Positions 28,369 through 37,930 of a stretch of DNA of 64,000 bases are shown here, piece by piece. Under the pieces are notes generated by a model, which did no database searches, had not been told where the DNA came from, and was given only the letters and a program-made list of their open reading frames with translations. A program made the position numbers and the translations under genes. The stretch is from Paludibacteraceae bacterium. Its GTDB lineage: Bacteria; Bacteroidota; Bacteroidia; Bacteroidales; Paludibacteraceae. The stretch lies in NCBI GenBank assembly GCA_045226255.1, contig JBGVCG010000035.1, positions 32,327 through 96,326 on the forward strand, in the 5' to 3' direction. Position 1 is the stretch's first letter, and each line of letters begins with the position of its first letter.

Positions 28369-30405
28369 CTATATTTTCAAGAAGGAGCAAACCTCCTCGT
28401 ACACTGACTCTCCGTTGAATCCGAACTTTTCGTCCAACACCGTGTAAGGTGCAGAATATCCGAAATGATCCAAACCATGCACGAAGCCATTTTTTCCAAC
28501 CAATCCGCTAATCGTCAGCGACATACCAGCTGTCATACCATAAACTGGCAGAGTGGAAGGGATAACGGACTCCTGATATTCCTTGCTTTGATTACGGAAC
28601 ACACCCTCTGACGGAGCGGAGACGATCCTAATCTTCAAGTTCTTACGTTCCTCCAAGAGCTTCGCACCCTCAAAGAGCGTGGCGACCTCGGATCCGCTCG
28701 CCACCATCACCAAATCAGGCGTACCCTTGACGTCCTTGACGATGTAGGCGCCCTTGTAGGCCTGCAAAGCCTGCTCGTAGCGATTGCCTTCACATGGAAC
28801 ATCGTTCACGTTCTGGCGGGAAAGGATCAAAGCGGTCGGAGTATCCGTGTTCTCCATCGCCATCTTCCAAGCGACGGTCGTCTCGTTCACATCGGCAGGG
28901 CGAAGCACCAACATGCTATTTTGTCCCTTATGGTTCTTCACGCTCTCCAGCAAGCGCACCTGCATCTCCTGCTCGATCGGCTGATGAGTCGGACCGTCCT
29001 CCCCTACCCTGAAGGCATCGTGGCTCCAGACATACTTCACAGGGATACGCATCAAGGCTGCCATTCTATAGGCTGGTTTCATATAATCGGAGAATACGAA
29101 GAACGTACCGCAAGCGGCATAGACACCACCATGCAAAGCGATACCATTCATGATGCAAGCCATCGTCAACTCAGAGACACCCGCATTCAGGAATGCTCCT
29201 GAGAAATCGCCATGGGCAAGCGGGTGCGTATGTTTCAAGAAGCCATCCGTCTTGTCCGAGTTGGAGAGGTCTGCCGAAGCGACGATCATATTCTCCACTT
29301 TCTCGGAGAGGAGTCCCAATACCGCAGCGGAAGCGGAACGGGTCGGTTGGTTCGGTTTTTGTGCGACGGATGCGAAATCGATCTCAGGCAACTTGCCACT
29401 GAAGAACTGGTCCAATTTCTTCGCCAGCTCCGGATTCGCCTTCGCCCACTGAGCCTGCTCGGCCTTCTTGGCGGCGGCGATCTTCGTCAGTTCCGCCTTA
29501 CGTTCCGCATACAATTTCTTCACCTCAGAGAAGACAACGAACGGATCGTTCGGGTCGCCACCCAACTTCTCGATGGTCTTCGGGATGCAGACACCCGCCT
29601 TGGAAAGCGGTTGTCCGTGCGTAGAGACCTTATCTTCCATGGAAGAGCCATCCTCAGCGACGCAGCCGATACCCATCGTCGTCTTTCCGATGATCAGGGT
29701 TGGGCGCTCATTCTCCTGGTTGGCTTTCTTCAAGGCGGAAATAATCTCTTCCGCATTGTTTCCATTGATAGTCAACACATTCCAGTTCCATGCCTTATAC
29801 TTCATCTCGATGTCCTCGGTAGAAACTTCGTCCACCTTAGTGGAGAGCTGGATATTGTTCGCATCGTAGAACATAATGAGGTTATGCAAACCAAGGTGTC
29901 CCGCGATACGTCCCGAACCTTGGGAAATCTCCTCCTGGATACCACCATCGGAGATGAACGTATAAATCTTATGGCTCATCCATTCGCCGAAGCGAGCGCA
30001 GAGGAATCGTTCCGCGATAGCCGCGCCGACAGCCATCGTATGGCCCTGTCCCAACGGTCCGGAAGTATTCTCGATGCCATGTTCCAGGCTCACTTCCGGG
30101 TGCCCAGGGGTTTTGCTACCCCACTGGCGGAAAGACTTGATGTCATCCATCGTGAACTTGTCGCACAAGAGCAACACTGAATAGAGCATAGGCGACATGT
30201 GCCCAGGGTCCAAGAAAAACCTATCGCGGTTAATCCAGTTAGGGTCAGTCGGGTCGAAAGTAAGAAACTGGGAATAAAGGATGTTGATGAAATCAGCACC
30301 GCCCATTGCGCCTCCGGGGTGACCGGATTTGGCTTTCTCTACCATCGCAGCGGTCAGAATTCTGATGTTATTCGCCGCACGATTCAGTGTTTGAATGTCT
30401 GCCAT
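28369..30405 (-). CDS. tkt: transketolase
   Basis: 678-aa ORF with the TPP-binding HPGGAMG, GDG-type and EDGPTHQPIE motifs. Confidence 0.96.
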   Translation of the reverse strand: MADIQTLNRAANNIRILTAAMVEKAKSGHPGGAMGGADFINILYSQFLTFDPTDPNWINRDRFFLDPGHMSPMLYSVLLLCDKFTMDDIKSFRQWGSKTPGHPEVSLEHGIENTSGPLGQGHTMAVGAAIAERFLCARFGEWMSHKIYTFISDGGIQEEISQGSGRIAGHLGLHNLIMFYDANNIQLSTKVDEVSTEDIEMKYKAWNWNVLTINGNNAEEIISALKKANQENERPTLIIGKTTMGIGCVAEDGSSMEDKVSTHGQPLSKAGVCIPKTIEKLGGDPNDPFVVFSEVKKLYAERKAELTKIAAAKKAEQAQWAKANPELAKKLDQFFSGKLPEIDFASVAQKPNQPTRSASAAVLGLLSEKVENMIVASADLSNSDKTDGFLKHTHPLAHGDFSGAFLNAGVSELTMACIMNGIALHGGVYAACGTFFVFSDYMKPAYRMAALMRIPVKYVWSHDAFRVGEDGPTHQPIEQEMQVRLLESVKNHKGQNSMLVLRPADVNETTVAWKMAMENTDTPTALILSRQNVNDVPCEGNRYEQALQAYKGAYIVKDVKGTPDLVMVASGSEVATLFEGAKLLEERKNLKIRIVSAPSEGVFRNQSKEYQESVIPSTLPVYGMTAGMSLTISGLVGKNGFVHGLDHFGYSAPYTVLDEKFGFNGESVYEEVCSFLKI

Positions 30406-30449
30406 TTGAATTAAAGGAATGAATGAAATTTTCTGACCGCGAAGTTAAT

Positions 30450-30457
30450 CAAAAATA
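30450..30457 (-). promoter_or_regulatory. Bacteroidota -7 box (TAnnTTTG) for tkt
   Basis: Plus-strand caaaaata equals TATTTTTG on the minus strand, 45 nt upstream of the ATG. Confidence 0.35.
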
Positions 30458-30476
30458 TGTTACGGAAAGAAGAGGA

Positions 30477-30525
30477 GAGTTAAAAATTAAGAATTAAAAG
30501 TTAAGAGTTAATAGTTAAGAGTTTA
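30477..30525. repeat. tandem heptad array (RAGTTAA/GAATTAA x7)
   Basis: gagttaa aaattaa gaattaa aagttaa gagttaa tagttaa gagttta, in the tkt-tsf intergenic region. Confidence 0.85.
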
Positions 30526-30570
30526 GCAAGGAATATAACGAGGGGAGAATGGAGAAAGGAAGAAGGGTAC

Positions 30571-30603
30571 AAAAAAAAGGAGAGGTTCCAATGGAGCCTC
30601 TCC
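30571..30603 (-). terminator. rho-independent terminator after tsf
   Basis: 11-bp stem ggagaggttcc/ggagcctctcc with T8 on the minus strand. Confidence 0.8.
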
Positions 30604-30624
30604 CTTCAAAATATAGGGAATAAA

Positions 30625-31617
30625 TTATTCCTCGTTCAATGTAACGCGCTTGAAAGCGGTAGCAGTCAAGCCCTTAGAAACAGAAGCCATGTATTGAGCC
30701 ACGTTGATCTTAGCCTCCTTAATGAACGCCTGATTCAACAAGGTTTGCTCCTTGTAGATCTTTTGGATACGTCCGTTAACGATACCGTCGATCATAGCTT
30801 GCTTCAAGTTACCGGCAGCCTGCTCAGCCACAGTAGCTTTAATTTCGCGAGCCTTAGCAGCTTGCTCAGCGGTGATCCAGCCCTTCTCCGTGTTAGACTC
30901 GATGTGAGCATCAGAATCCACGTGTGCAGGGTTGATGCCAGCCTTTGTCAAAGCGGACTCAACTTGTTTTTGGATCAACTCAGCCTTTGTCTTCTCAGTT
31001 GCGATCTCGCGCTCCTTAGCGACGTATTCAGCAGGAACATCCTTCTCAGATACGGCGATTGGGTTCATGGCAGCAACCTGCATAGCGACATCCTTGTAAA
31101 CTTGGGTATCCAAGCCAGCCTCGTTGAAAGCAACGATAGAAGCCAACATATTACCTGGGTGGATGTAAGCCCAAACCGCAGGACCGCTAACGAACTCATA
31201 CATACCCAACTCCATCTTCTCACCAGTCACACCAGAGCGGTCGGTGATCAATTGTTGAACCGTAGAGTTACCGATAGTCAAAGCGGTCAAGGCATCCAAA
31301 GAAGCCGGTTTAGCCTCCATGGCCTTATCCAATATTTGTTGAGTCAATGCGATGAAGTCAGCGTTCTTAGCCACGAAGTCAGTTTCACACTTCAGCGCAA
31401 CGATAGCAGCGAAATCGCCCTTCGCAGCAGCCAAAACACAACCCTGAGCAGCCTCACGATCACTTCTCTTTGCAGCAATTGCCTGACCTCTTTTACGGAT
31501 GAGCTCGACAGCCTTGTCGAAATTGCCCTCAGCCTCAGTAAGAGCCTTCTTGCAATCCATCATGCCGGCACCCGTCATGGTACGCAATTTGCTAATATCA
31601 GCCAATGAAACAGCCAT
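30625..31617 (-). CDS. tsf: translation elongation factor Ts
   Basis: 330-aa ORF with an N-terminal UBA-like LRTMTGAGMMDCKKAL followed by EF-Ts dimerisation domains. Confidence 0.96.
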   Translation of the reverse strand: MAVSLADISKLRTMTGAGMMDCKKALTEAEGNFDKAVELIRKRGQAIAAKRSDREAAQGCVLAAAKGDFAAIVALKCETDFVAKNADFIALTQQILDKAMEAKPASLDALTALTIGNSTVQQLITDRSGVTGEKMELGMYEFVSGPAVWAYIHPGNMLASIVAFNEAGLDTQVYKDVAMQVAAMNPIAVSEKDVPAEYVAKEREIATEKTKAELIQKQVESALTKAGINPAHVDSDAHIESNTEKGWITAEQAAKAREIKATVAEQAAGNLKQAMIDGIVNGRIQKIYKEQTLLNQAFIKEAKINVAQYMASVSKGLTATAFKRVTLNEE

Positions 31618-31641
31618 AATTCTTATTTCTTTTTTAATTAA

Positions 31642-32475
31642 TTAATCCTCAGACACTTCAAACTTGCTAGCCACCTTAGCATTCAAAGCCTCACCGTCAA
31701 CGTTAGTTTTGCTCTTCTTGGCGGTAGTTCTCTTTCTCTCCTTCTTTTGCTCAGGAGCCTCAGCAGCCTCATTCTCTTCCTTCTCGACCTTTCTCTCGTC
31801 CAAGCCCTCCTTGATGGCGCCACACAAAGCGTTCAAGATAACCTCGACAGACTTTGTAGCATCATCGTTAGCAGGGATAACGAAATCAACATCGTTAGGG
31901 TTAGAGTTCGTGTCCACGATACCATAAACAGGGATACCCAATCTCTTAGCCTCTCTTACGGCGATATTCTCCTTCGTCACGTCAACCACGAACAAAGCAG
32001 AAGGGAGTCTGGTCATATCAGCGATACTACCCAAGTTCTTCTCCAACTTAGCTCTTTGGCGGGAGATTTGGAGTTTCTCACGCTTAGAAAGGTTATCGAA
32101 AGTACCATCGTTAGACAATTTATCGATAGACGACATCTTCCTAACGGCCTTACGGATAGTAGGGAAGTTCGTCAACATACCGCCAGCCCATCTTTCAGTA
32201 ACGAAAGGCATGGAAACCTCAGCGGCCTTGTCGGCAACGACTTGTTTAGCCTGTTTCTTAGTTGCAACAAAAAGAATCTTCTTGCCCGATTTTGCAACTT
32301 GTTTCAAAGCAGCAGCTGCTTCTTCTATTTTTACGACAGTCTTGTGAAGATCAATAATATGGATACCATTACGAGTCATGAAGATATAAGGTTCCATTGC
32401 TGGGTTCCACTTTCTTTTCAAGTGACCGAAGTGACATCCAGCCTCTAATAACTCATCAAAATTAGTTCTTGACAT
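31642..32475 (-). CDS. rpsB: 30S ribosomal protein S2
   Basis: 277-aa ORF (LLEAGCHFGH, RWAGGMLTN) with a charged C-terminal tail. Confidence 0.97.
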   Translation of the reverse strand: MSRTNFDELLEAGCHFGHLKRKWNPAMEPYIFMTRNGIHIIDLHKTVVKIEEAAAALKQVAKSGKKILFVATKKQAKQVVADKAAEVSMPFVTERWAGGMLTNFPTIRKAVRKMSSIDKLSNDGTFDNLSKREKLQISRQRAKLEKNLGSIADMTRLPSALFVVDVTKENIAVREAKRLGIPVYGIVDTNSNPNDVDFVIPANDDATKSVEVILNALCGAIKEGLDERKVEKEENEAAEAPEQKKERKRTTAKKSKTNVDGEALNAKVASKFEVSED

Positions 32476-32614
32476 TTTCTTTAATTTTTAATCGTTTACA
32501 TTCTTGACTTAAACAACCGACCGGTAGTCCGACAACCGAAGTCCGATCGATTTAGATACTAAACGTACTCTCTCACGAAGCCATGCCAAGCGAGTGGCAA
32601 GCCCCGTCCAAGCA

Positions 32615-33001
32615 CTAACGTTTACTGAATTGGAATCTCTTTCTTGCTTTAGGACGACCTGGTTTCTTACGCTCAACCTCACGGGAATCGCGAGTCAAGA
32701 AGCCCTCACCCTTCAATGCTGGCTTGTTCTCAGCGTCAACCTTAACCAAAGCGCGGGCGATAGCCAAACGCAAAGCCTCAGCTTGGCCTTTGAAACCGCC
32801 ACCGTCCAAAATCGCCTTCACGTCGAATTTTCCAGCGACGTTGATAGCGTTCAACGGTTGCTTTACAACATATTGCAAAATCCCAGAAGGGAAGTACACA
32901 GTAACATCTTTATTGTTGATGGTGATTTTGCCATCACCCTCAGAAAGGTAAACGCGTGCAATAGCAGCTTTTCTTCTACCTACGGCATTAACTACTTCCA
33001 T
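32615..33001 (-). CDS. rpsI: 30S ribosomal protein S9
   Basis: 128-aa ORF ending in KARKRFQFSKR. Confidence 0.97.
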   Translation of the reverse strand: MEVVNAVGRRKAAIARVYLSEGDGKITINNKDVTVYFPSGILQYVVKQPLNAINVAGKFDVKAILDGGGFKGQAEALRLAIARALVKVDAENKPALKGEGFLTRDSREVERKKPGRPKARKRFQFSKR

Positions 33002-33005
33002 GTTA

Positions 33006-33461
33006 TTACTTGATTGAGTTTAATTCAATTAATTTAGGTTGTTGAGCAGTCTGTTCGTGCTCGCTTCCAGCATAAACGTAAAGGTTGCCGAGGATGGCAT
33101 TGCCAAGACGGTTCTTAGGCAACATACCCTTAACGACTTTTCTGATAAGCTTCTCCGGACTCTTGTTCAAGAGATCGCCAGGAGTAAACTCCCTTTGTCC
33201 ACCCGGATAACCCGTAAATCTCAAATAAATACGGTCAGTAGCCTTGTTACCAGTGATTTTTACTTTAGCCGCGTTGATGACAATCACATTGTCTCCGCAG
33301 TCTACATGTGGGGTAAAGTTTGGCTTGTACTTTCCTCTCAGAAGTTTCGCTACTTTTGACCCCAAACGTCCCAATGATTGGTCCGTCGCGTCTACGACAA
33401 CCCACTCTTTGTTCACGGTTGCCTTGTTAGCAGAAATGGTTTTAAAACTTAAAGTATCCAC
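33006..33461 (-). CDS. rplM: 50S ribosomal protein L13
   Basis: 151-aa ORF (WVVVDATDQSLGRLGSKVAKLLRGK). Confidence 0.97.
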   Translation of the reverse strand: MDTLSFKTISANKATVNKEWVVVDATDQSLGRLGSKVAKLLRGKYKPNFTPHVDCGDNVIVINAAKVKITGNKATDRIYLRFTGYPGGQREFTPGDLLNKSPEKLIRKVVKGMLPKNRLGNAILGNLYVYAGSEHEQTAQQPKLIELNSIK

Positions 33462-33629
33462 TTTAATTTGTTTTTAATTAGTTAATTAATCTTTCACGTT
33501 GCCTTCAGCTTCGGGCAAGCCTACGGCATTTGACTATTTTGGATAATAAATCGACCGCGAATTTACCCTTAATTTTTCAAACTACAAAATCTTTCTGGCG
33601 CGTTTTTTTCCTATACCATAAATATATAT

Positions 33630-33730
33630 GGGGGTTTCATTTACTGCATTGGGCATGGGGTATTTACTTTTTCCTATTTTCTATTTACTATTTAGTATTT
33701 ACGATTTACTATTTGTGATTTATGATTTCC
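33630..33730. repeat. intergenic core motif plus KATTTAC heptad array (x10)
   Basis: Core gggggtttcatttactgcattgggca is followed by tatttac tttttcc tattttc tatttac tatttag tatttac gatttac tatttgt gatttat gatttcc. Confidence 0.85.
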
Positions 33731-33869
33731 GTAATAAACATATAAAAATAAATATGGAGGCGTGGGAACCCACACCTCCACATTCATAAAATATTTCTGG
33801 CAAGTCCTAAAAATCCGCCGATTCAACTAAACATTCCTCGGAATCGATTGGTCGGACCCGCATGCAGCA

Positions 33870-35396
33870 TTAAAGCGAGATCAAATTCTTTCCAGTCATT
33901 TCAGCTGGTTGTTGAAGACCCAACAACGCACAGATGGAAGGAGCCACGTCCGCCAACTTTCCGTCCACCACCTTTGCCAACTTGTTGTCGCTCACATAGA
34001 CGAAAGGAACAGGGTTGAGCGAGTGGGCTGTGTTAGGCGTACCATCCGCATTGATCGCATTGTCGCAGTTGCCGTGGTCGGCGATGATGATGACATCATA
34101 ACCGTTCGCCTTGCAAGCCTCAACAGTATCCTTCACACAGTTGTCGATAGCGACCACCGCTTTCTCGATAGCGGAGTAGATACCGGTGTGACCCACCATG
34201 TCTCCGTTGGCGTAGTTGACCACGATCCAGTCGTATTTCTTGGTACCGATAGCCTCAACCAACTTATCCTTCACCTCATAAGCACTCATCTCAGGCTTCA
34301 GGTCGTAAGTAGCCACCTTCGGAGAAGGAACCAAGATTCTATCCTCCGCATCATACGGAGCCTCGCGACCGCCATTGAAGAAGAAGGTCACGTGTGCGTA
34401 CTTCTCCGTCTCAGCGATATGCAATTGTTTCATACCAGCCTTGGAAACGACCTCACCGAGCGTATTCGTCACATTCTCCTTATTAAAGAGGATATGCACG
34501 CCCGTGAAAGATGCGTCATATGGAGTCATGCAATAGTATTGCAAGCCCTTGATAGTCTTCATGCCAGCCTCAGGCATATCTTTTTGGGTCAACACGATGG
34601 TCAACTCCTTCGCACGGTCGTTACGATAGTTGAAGAAGATAACGACGTCACCCTCTTGGATTGTTCCGACAGGCTTGCCGTTCTCCACCCTAGCGATAGG
34701 CTTGATGAACTCGTCGGTCACGCCATCCGCGTAAGACTCCTCCATCGCCTTCACCATATCGGTGCAAGGTTTTCCCTTTCCTTCGATCAACAGGTCATAA
34801 GCCTCCTTGATGCGCTCCCAACGTTTGTCACGGTCCATCGCATAGAAACGGCCGATGATGGAAGCGATCTTACCCGTGTTCTTCGCCAATTGGGCCTCCA
34901 ATTGCTCGATGAATCCCTTACCGCTCTTAGGGTCAGTGTCACGGCCATCCATGAAGCAATGAACGAAGGTCTTATCCAATCCGTATGCCTTAGAGATCTC
35001 TATCAACTTGAACAAGTGGTCCAAAGAGGAATGCACGCCTCCATTAGAAACCAAGCCCATGAAATGGATCTGCTTGCCATTATCCTTCGCATAGGAGAAT
35101 GCGTTCTTAATCTCCGGGTTCTGCATGATAGAACCATCCTTGCAAGCCATATTGATCTTCACCAAATCCTGGTAAACGACACGACCGGCACCGATGTTCA
35201 AGTGTCCCACCTCAGAGTTACCCATCTGTCCGTCAGGCAAACCAACGAACTCGCCGCAAGCCTGCAACTGGGAATATGGATAATTTTTCAACAACGAATC
35301 CCAATAAGGGGTTGGGGTTGAAGCGATCACATCAGACTTTGTCTTGTTTCCGAATCCCCAACCATCGAGGATCATCAATAATACTTTCTTACTCAT
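33870..35396 (-). CDS. gpmI: 2,3-bisphosphoglycerate-independent phosphoglycerate mutase
   Basis: 508-aa ORF ([26 protein letters not shown]). Confidence 0.96.
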   Translation of the reverse strand: MSKKVLLMILDGWGFGNKTKSDVIASTPTPYWDSLLKNYPYSQLQACGEFVGLPDGQMGNSEVGHLNIGAGRVVYQDLVKINMACKDGSIMQNPEIKNAFSYAKDNGKQIHFMGLVSNGGVHSSLDHLFKLIEISKAYGLDKTFVHCFMDGRDTDPKSGKGFIEQLEAQLAKNTGKIASIIGRFYAMDRDKRWERIKEAYDLLIEGKGKPCTDMVKAMEESYADGVTDEFIKPIARVENGKPVGTIQEGDVVIFFNYRNDRAKELTIVLTQKDMPEAGMKTIKGLQYYCMTPYDASFTGVHILFNKENVTNTLGEVVSKAGMKQLHIAETEKYAHVTFFFNGGREAPYDAEDRILVPSPKVATYDLKPEMSAYEVKDKLVEAIGTKKYDWIVVNYANGDMVGHTGIYSAIEKAVVAIDNCVKDTVEACKANGYDVIIIADHGNCDNAINADGTPNTAHSLNPVPFVYVSDNKLAKVVDGKLADVAPSICALLGLQQPAEMTGKNLISL

Positions 35397-35415
35397 CTTT
35401 TTTTATATTAATAAA

Positions 35416-35718
35416 TTATTTATTCATCATTTCCTCGCGAAGCGGTTCCTGCATCTCCACCTTTTCTTGCGGAGCTTCCTCATAGGAGGTCTCCTCCGCC
35501 CATGATTTGAAGCGCTTCATACGACGCATACCGGTCTCCGTCTGTCCATTACGGTTATCTTCCGTATCATATCTATCGGCAGGACGTTCACCACCGGAGT
35601 TTGAGACAACACCTTTGAACATATTGAACAAACCGCCCAGCAACTTTCCCGCGACGCCAAGGACCCCAAAGAGAAGGAAGAGACCAAACATCAATATGAA
35701 CAAAAGGAGAGTACCCAT
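35416..35718 (-). CDS. small membrane protein (DUF4834-like)
   Basis: 100-aa ORF with an N-terminal hydrophobic hairpin and a charged tail, tightly packed between metF and gpmI. Confidence 0.6.
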   Translation of the reverse strand: MGTLLLFILMFGLFLLFGVLGVAGKLLGGLFNMFKGVVSNSGGERPADRYDTEDNRNGQTETGMRRMKRFKSWAEETSYEEAPQEKVEMQEPLREEMMNK

Positions 35719-35731
35719 ACTGTTTCAGTTA

Positions 35732-36688
35732 TTAATAAACACGTTTCGCTATTTCCTTAACACTTCTCGCATTAGACATCGTATAGAAATGGATGCTAGG
35801 CACACCATTCGCACGCAAGTCCTTCGACTGCATGACGCACCATTCGACACCCACATTGCGGGCCTCCTCGTCACTCTTGCACTTCCGCAACTCGCTCGCC
35901 AAGTCCTGCGGCAAATCCACATGGAATGTCTTCGGCAAGACGGAAAGCTGCTTCATGGTAGTAATTGGTTTGAGGCCTGGAACGATAGGCACATCGATAC
36001 CCTCCCCTCGACATTTCTCCACGAATTCATAATATTTCGCATTATCGAAAAACATCTGTGTGACGATATATTCCGCACCATTCTCCACCTTCTTCTTCAG
36101 CCAGTAGATATCAGAATCGACATTCGGGGCCTCCTCATGCTTTTCCGGATAACCGGCCACGCCATAAGAGAACCTGTGCACACGCTCCTTTTTCTGTCGC
36201 ACCCCGTTCAAGAAATAGCCCTCATTAAAACGGTTGATCTGCTCCTGCAGTTCAGACGCATGAGCATACCCCTCCTCATTAGGCATAAACGAGTTTTCGA
36301 GTTTAGCCTTATCCCCTCGCAGGAGCAGGAGGTCATAGATGCCCAAGAAATCAAGGTCGATCAACACATATTCGGTCTCCTCCTTGGAGAAGCCGCTGCA
36401 GAGGATATGCGGCACCACATCGATATTGTATTTCGACTTAATCGCCGCGGCGATCGCCACCGTTCCCGGACGTTGACGCACCCTCTCGCACTGGTACAGA
36501 CCATTCTCCAGGGCACGGTAAACCAGCTGGCTACGGTGGGTAGTGATATCGATATATTGAGGATCGAATTCCAGAAGTTGGTCGATCGTATCGTAGATAG
36601 ACTCGATTCCGTTCCCCTTCAGCGGCGGCAACATCTCGAACGAGAAAGCCGTCTTTTTACTATTCAATATTAAATCTCTGACGCTCAT
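35732..36688 (-). CDS. metF: methylenetetrahydrofolate reductase
   Basis: MetF-like throughout (FSFEMLPPLKGNG, ITTHRS). Start set at MSVRDLI; the track ORF begins 5 codons earlier at 36703. Confidence 0.9.
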   Translation of the reverse strand: MSVRDLILNSKKTAFSFEMLPPLKGNGIESIYDTIDQLLEFDPQYIDITTHRSQLVYRALENGLYQCERVRQRPGTVAIAAAIKSKYNIDVVPHILCSGFSKEETEYVLIDLDFLGIYDLLLLRGDKAKLENSFMPNEEGYAHASELQEQINRFNEGYFLNGVRQKKERVHRFSYGVAGYPEKHEEAPNVDSDIYWLKKKVENGAEYIVTQMFFDNAKYYEFVEKCRGEGIDVPIVPGLKPITTMKQLSVLPKTFHVDLPQDLASELRKCKSDEEARNVGVEWCVMQSKDLRANGVPSIHFYTMSNARSVKEIAKRVY

Positions 36689-36692
36689 CCTA

Positions 36693-37388
36693 TCACTCCT
36701 CATATAATCGGTTCGACTCCGTCACGCCCTCCGTCACGACACCATTCTCGAAATGAAGGATCCTAGAGCCCGGCGTGCTCTCCGCTATTTGCGTTCTGTG
36801 GGTCGCCATGATAACCGCCGTCTTCTCCTTGGCGATCTGCCGGAAAAGCTGCATCAGGTCGTTCGCGGTAATCGGGTCGAGATTTCCGGTAGGCTCATCC
36901 GCCAGGATCACCTTCGGTTTATTCAGCAAAGCCCTTGCGATGACGACACGTTGTTGCTCACCGCCAGACAATTCGTGAGGCATACGATATCCCTTATTGG
37001 TCATGCCCACATAATTGAGCACCTCCGCAATTCGGCTTTCGATTTCCTCTTTCGTACGCTTCCCCGTCGCCCTCAGCACGAATTCGAGGTTCGCATAAAC
37101 GTTCCTATCAGAAAGAAGTTGGAAGTCTTGGAACACGATGCCAAGTTGTCTACGTAACATCGGAATCTGCTTCAGCTTCATGTTGCGCAGGTCGAAGTCC
37201 AACACTTTCGCCTCGCCGGACGATATGATCGCTTCGTAATAAAGCGATTTCAGGAATGTACTCTTACCACTTCCGACACGTCCTAACAAGAAGACAAGGT
37301 CACCCTCGTTCACCGTCACGCAAACATTCTTCAGGACGGTCTGTTCTTGGCGGTTAACGCACACATTATTGAAATCTATGACAGCCAT
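36693..37388 (-). CDS. ftsE: cell division ATP-binding protein FtsE (ABC ATPase)
   Basis: 231-aa ORF with Walker A (GRVGSGKST), the LSGGEQQR signature and Walker B ([11 protein letters not shown]). Confidence 0.88.
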   Translation of the reverse strand: MAVIDFNNVCVNRQEQTVLKNVCVTVNEGDLVFLLGRVGSGKSTFLKSLYYEAIISSGEAKVLDFDLRNMKLKQIPMLRRQLGIVFQDFQLLSDRNVYANLEFVLRATGKRTKEEIESRIAEVLNYVGMTNKGYRMPHELSGGEQQRVVIARALLNKPKVILADEPTGNLDPITANDLMQLFRQIAKEKTAVIMATHRTQIAESTPGSRILHFENGVVTEGVTESNRLYEE

Positions 37389-37402
37389 TATCCTCTCTTT
37401 TA

Positions 37403-37738
37403 TTACTTATTAACTTCCCCCCAGCAAGTATCGGTACCCGTATGGCACACAGGGCCGACGGGATGAACTTTCACCAAAAGGGTGTCCTTGTCACAATCCT
37501 CCTTCAAGGAGACAAGGTTAAGAAAATTTCCACTGGTTTCGCCCTTGGTCCACAGGCATTTCCTTGTGCGGCTATAGAAAGTCACCTTCCCCGACTCGAT
37601 TGTCTTTTCCAGCGCCTCCTTATTCATATAACCCAACATCAGGACAACTCGGGTGTCAGCATCCTGCACAATGGCAGGCACCAACCCACCGCACTTTTCG
37701 AAATCCAATCTAGAAATAATATCTATATCTCGCATCAT
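37403..37738 (-). CDS. hisI: phosphoribosyl-AMP cyclohydrolase (monofunctional HisI, no HisE domain)
   Basis: 111-aa ORF ([29 protein letters not shown]). A stop follows directly after the cyclohydrolase domain. Confidence 0.88.
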   Translation of the reverse strand: MMRDIDIISRLDFEKCGGLVPAIVQDADTRVVLMLGYMNKEALEKTIESGKVTFYSRTRKCLWTKGETSGNFLNLVSLKEDCDKDTLLVKVHPVGPVCHTGTDTCWGEVNK

Positions 37739-37751
37739 GTATAGTTTTTCG

Positions 37752-37759
37752 CAAAGATA
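37752..37759 (-). promoter_or_regulatory. Bacteroidota -7 box (TAnnTTTG) for the hisI-ftsE-metF-gpmI array
   Basis: Plus-strand caaagata equals TATCTTTG on the minus strand, 14 nt upstream of the hisI ATG. Confidence 0.4.
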
Positions 37760-37930
37760 CTATTTTTTTTGTTTATTCACATCACCACAAAAGGTTCGCA
37801 AAAACCCGACACACCCATTTGAATATAACTTGCACATTTGCACAATGAAAAAAAAATCTATTACTTTGCACAATCGAAAAAACATTCATACGTTAAATAT
37901 ATAAATGTACAAATAATTAAAAACAAACAA

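Noticed and set aside
27688-28407. 239-aa plus-strand ORF spanning the HD-domain gene and the tkt terminator
   Set aside because: It is antisense to a gene with a clear HDIG motif, and it reads through a hairpin terminator and intergenic DNA.
33661-33730. Heptad arrays considered as a possible CRISPR array or minisatellite-encoded peptide
   Set aside because: The unit is 7 bp with no spacers, there are no cas genes, and every frame is interrupted or trivially short. The arrays are kept only as intergenic repeats.
33909-35321. 470-aa plus-strand ORF covering almost all of gpmI in antisense
   Set aside because: The opposite strand encodes an unmistakable full-length phosphoglycerate mutase. 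The antisense product is Arg/Leu/His/Val-rich low-complexity sequence, typical of stop-poor antisense frames.
37838-37930. Upstream 31-codon extension of the LTA-synthase-like ORF (MHNEKKIYYFAQSKKH...)
   Set aside because: It is extremely AT-rich, Lys/Tyr/Ile-rich sequence that looks like promoter DNA. The internal ATG at 37931 gives a normal N-terminus ahead of the first TM segment.
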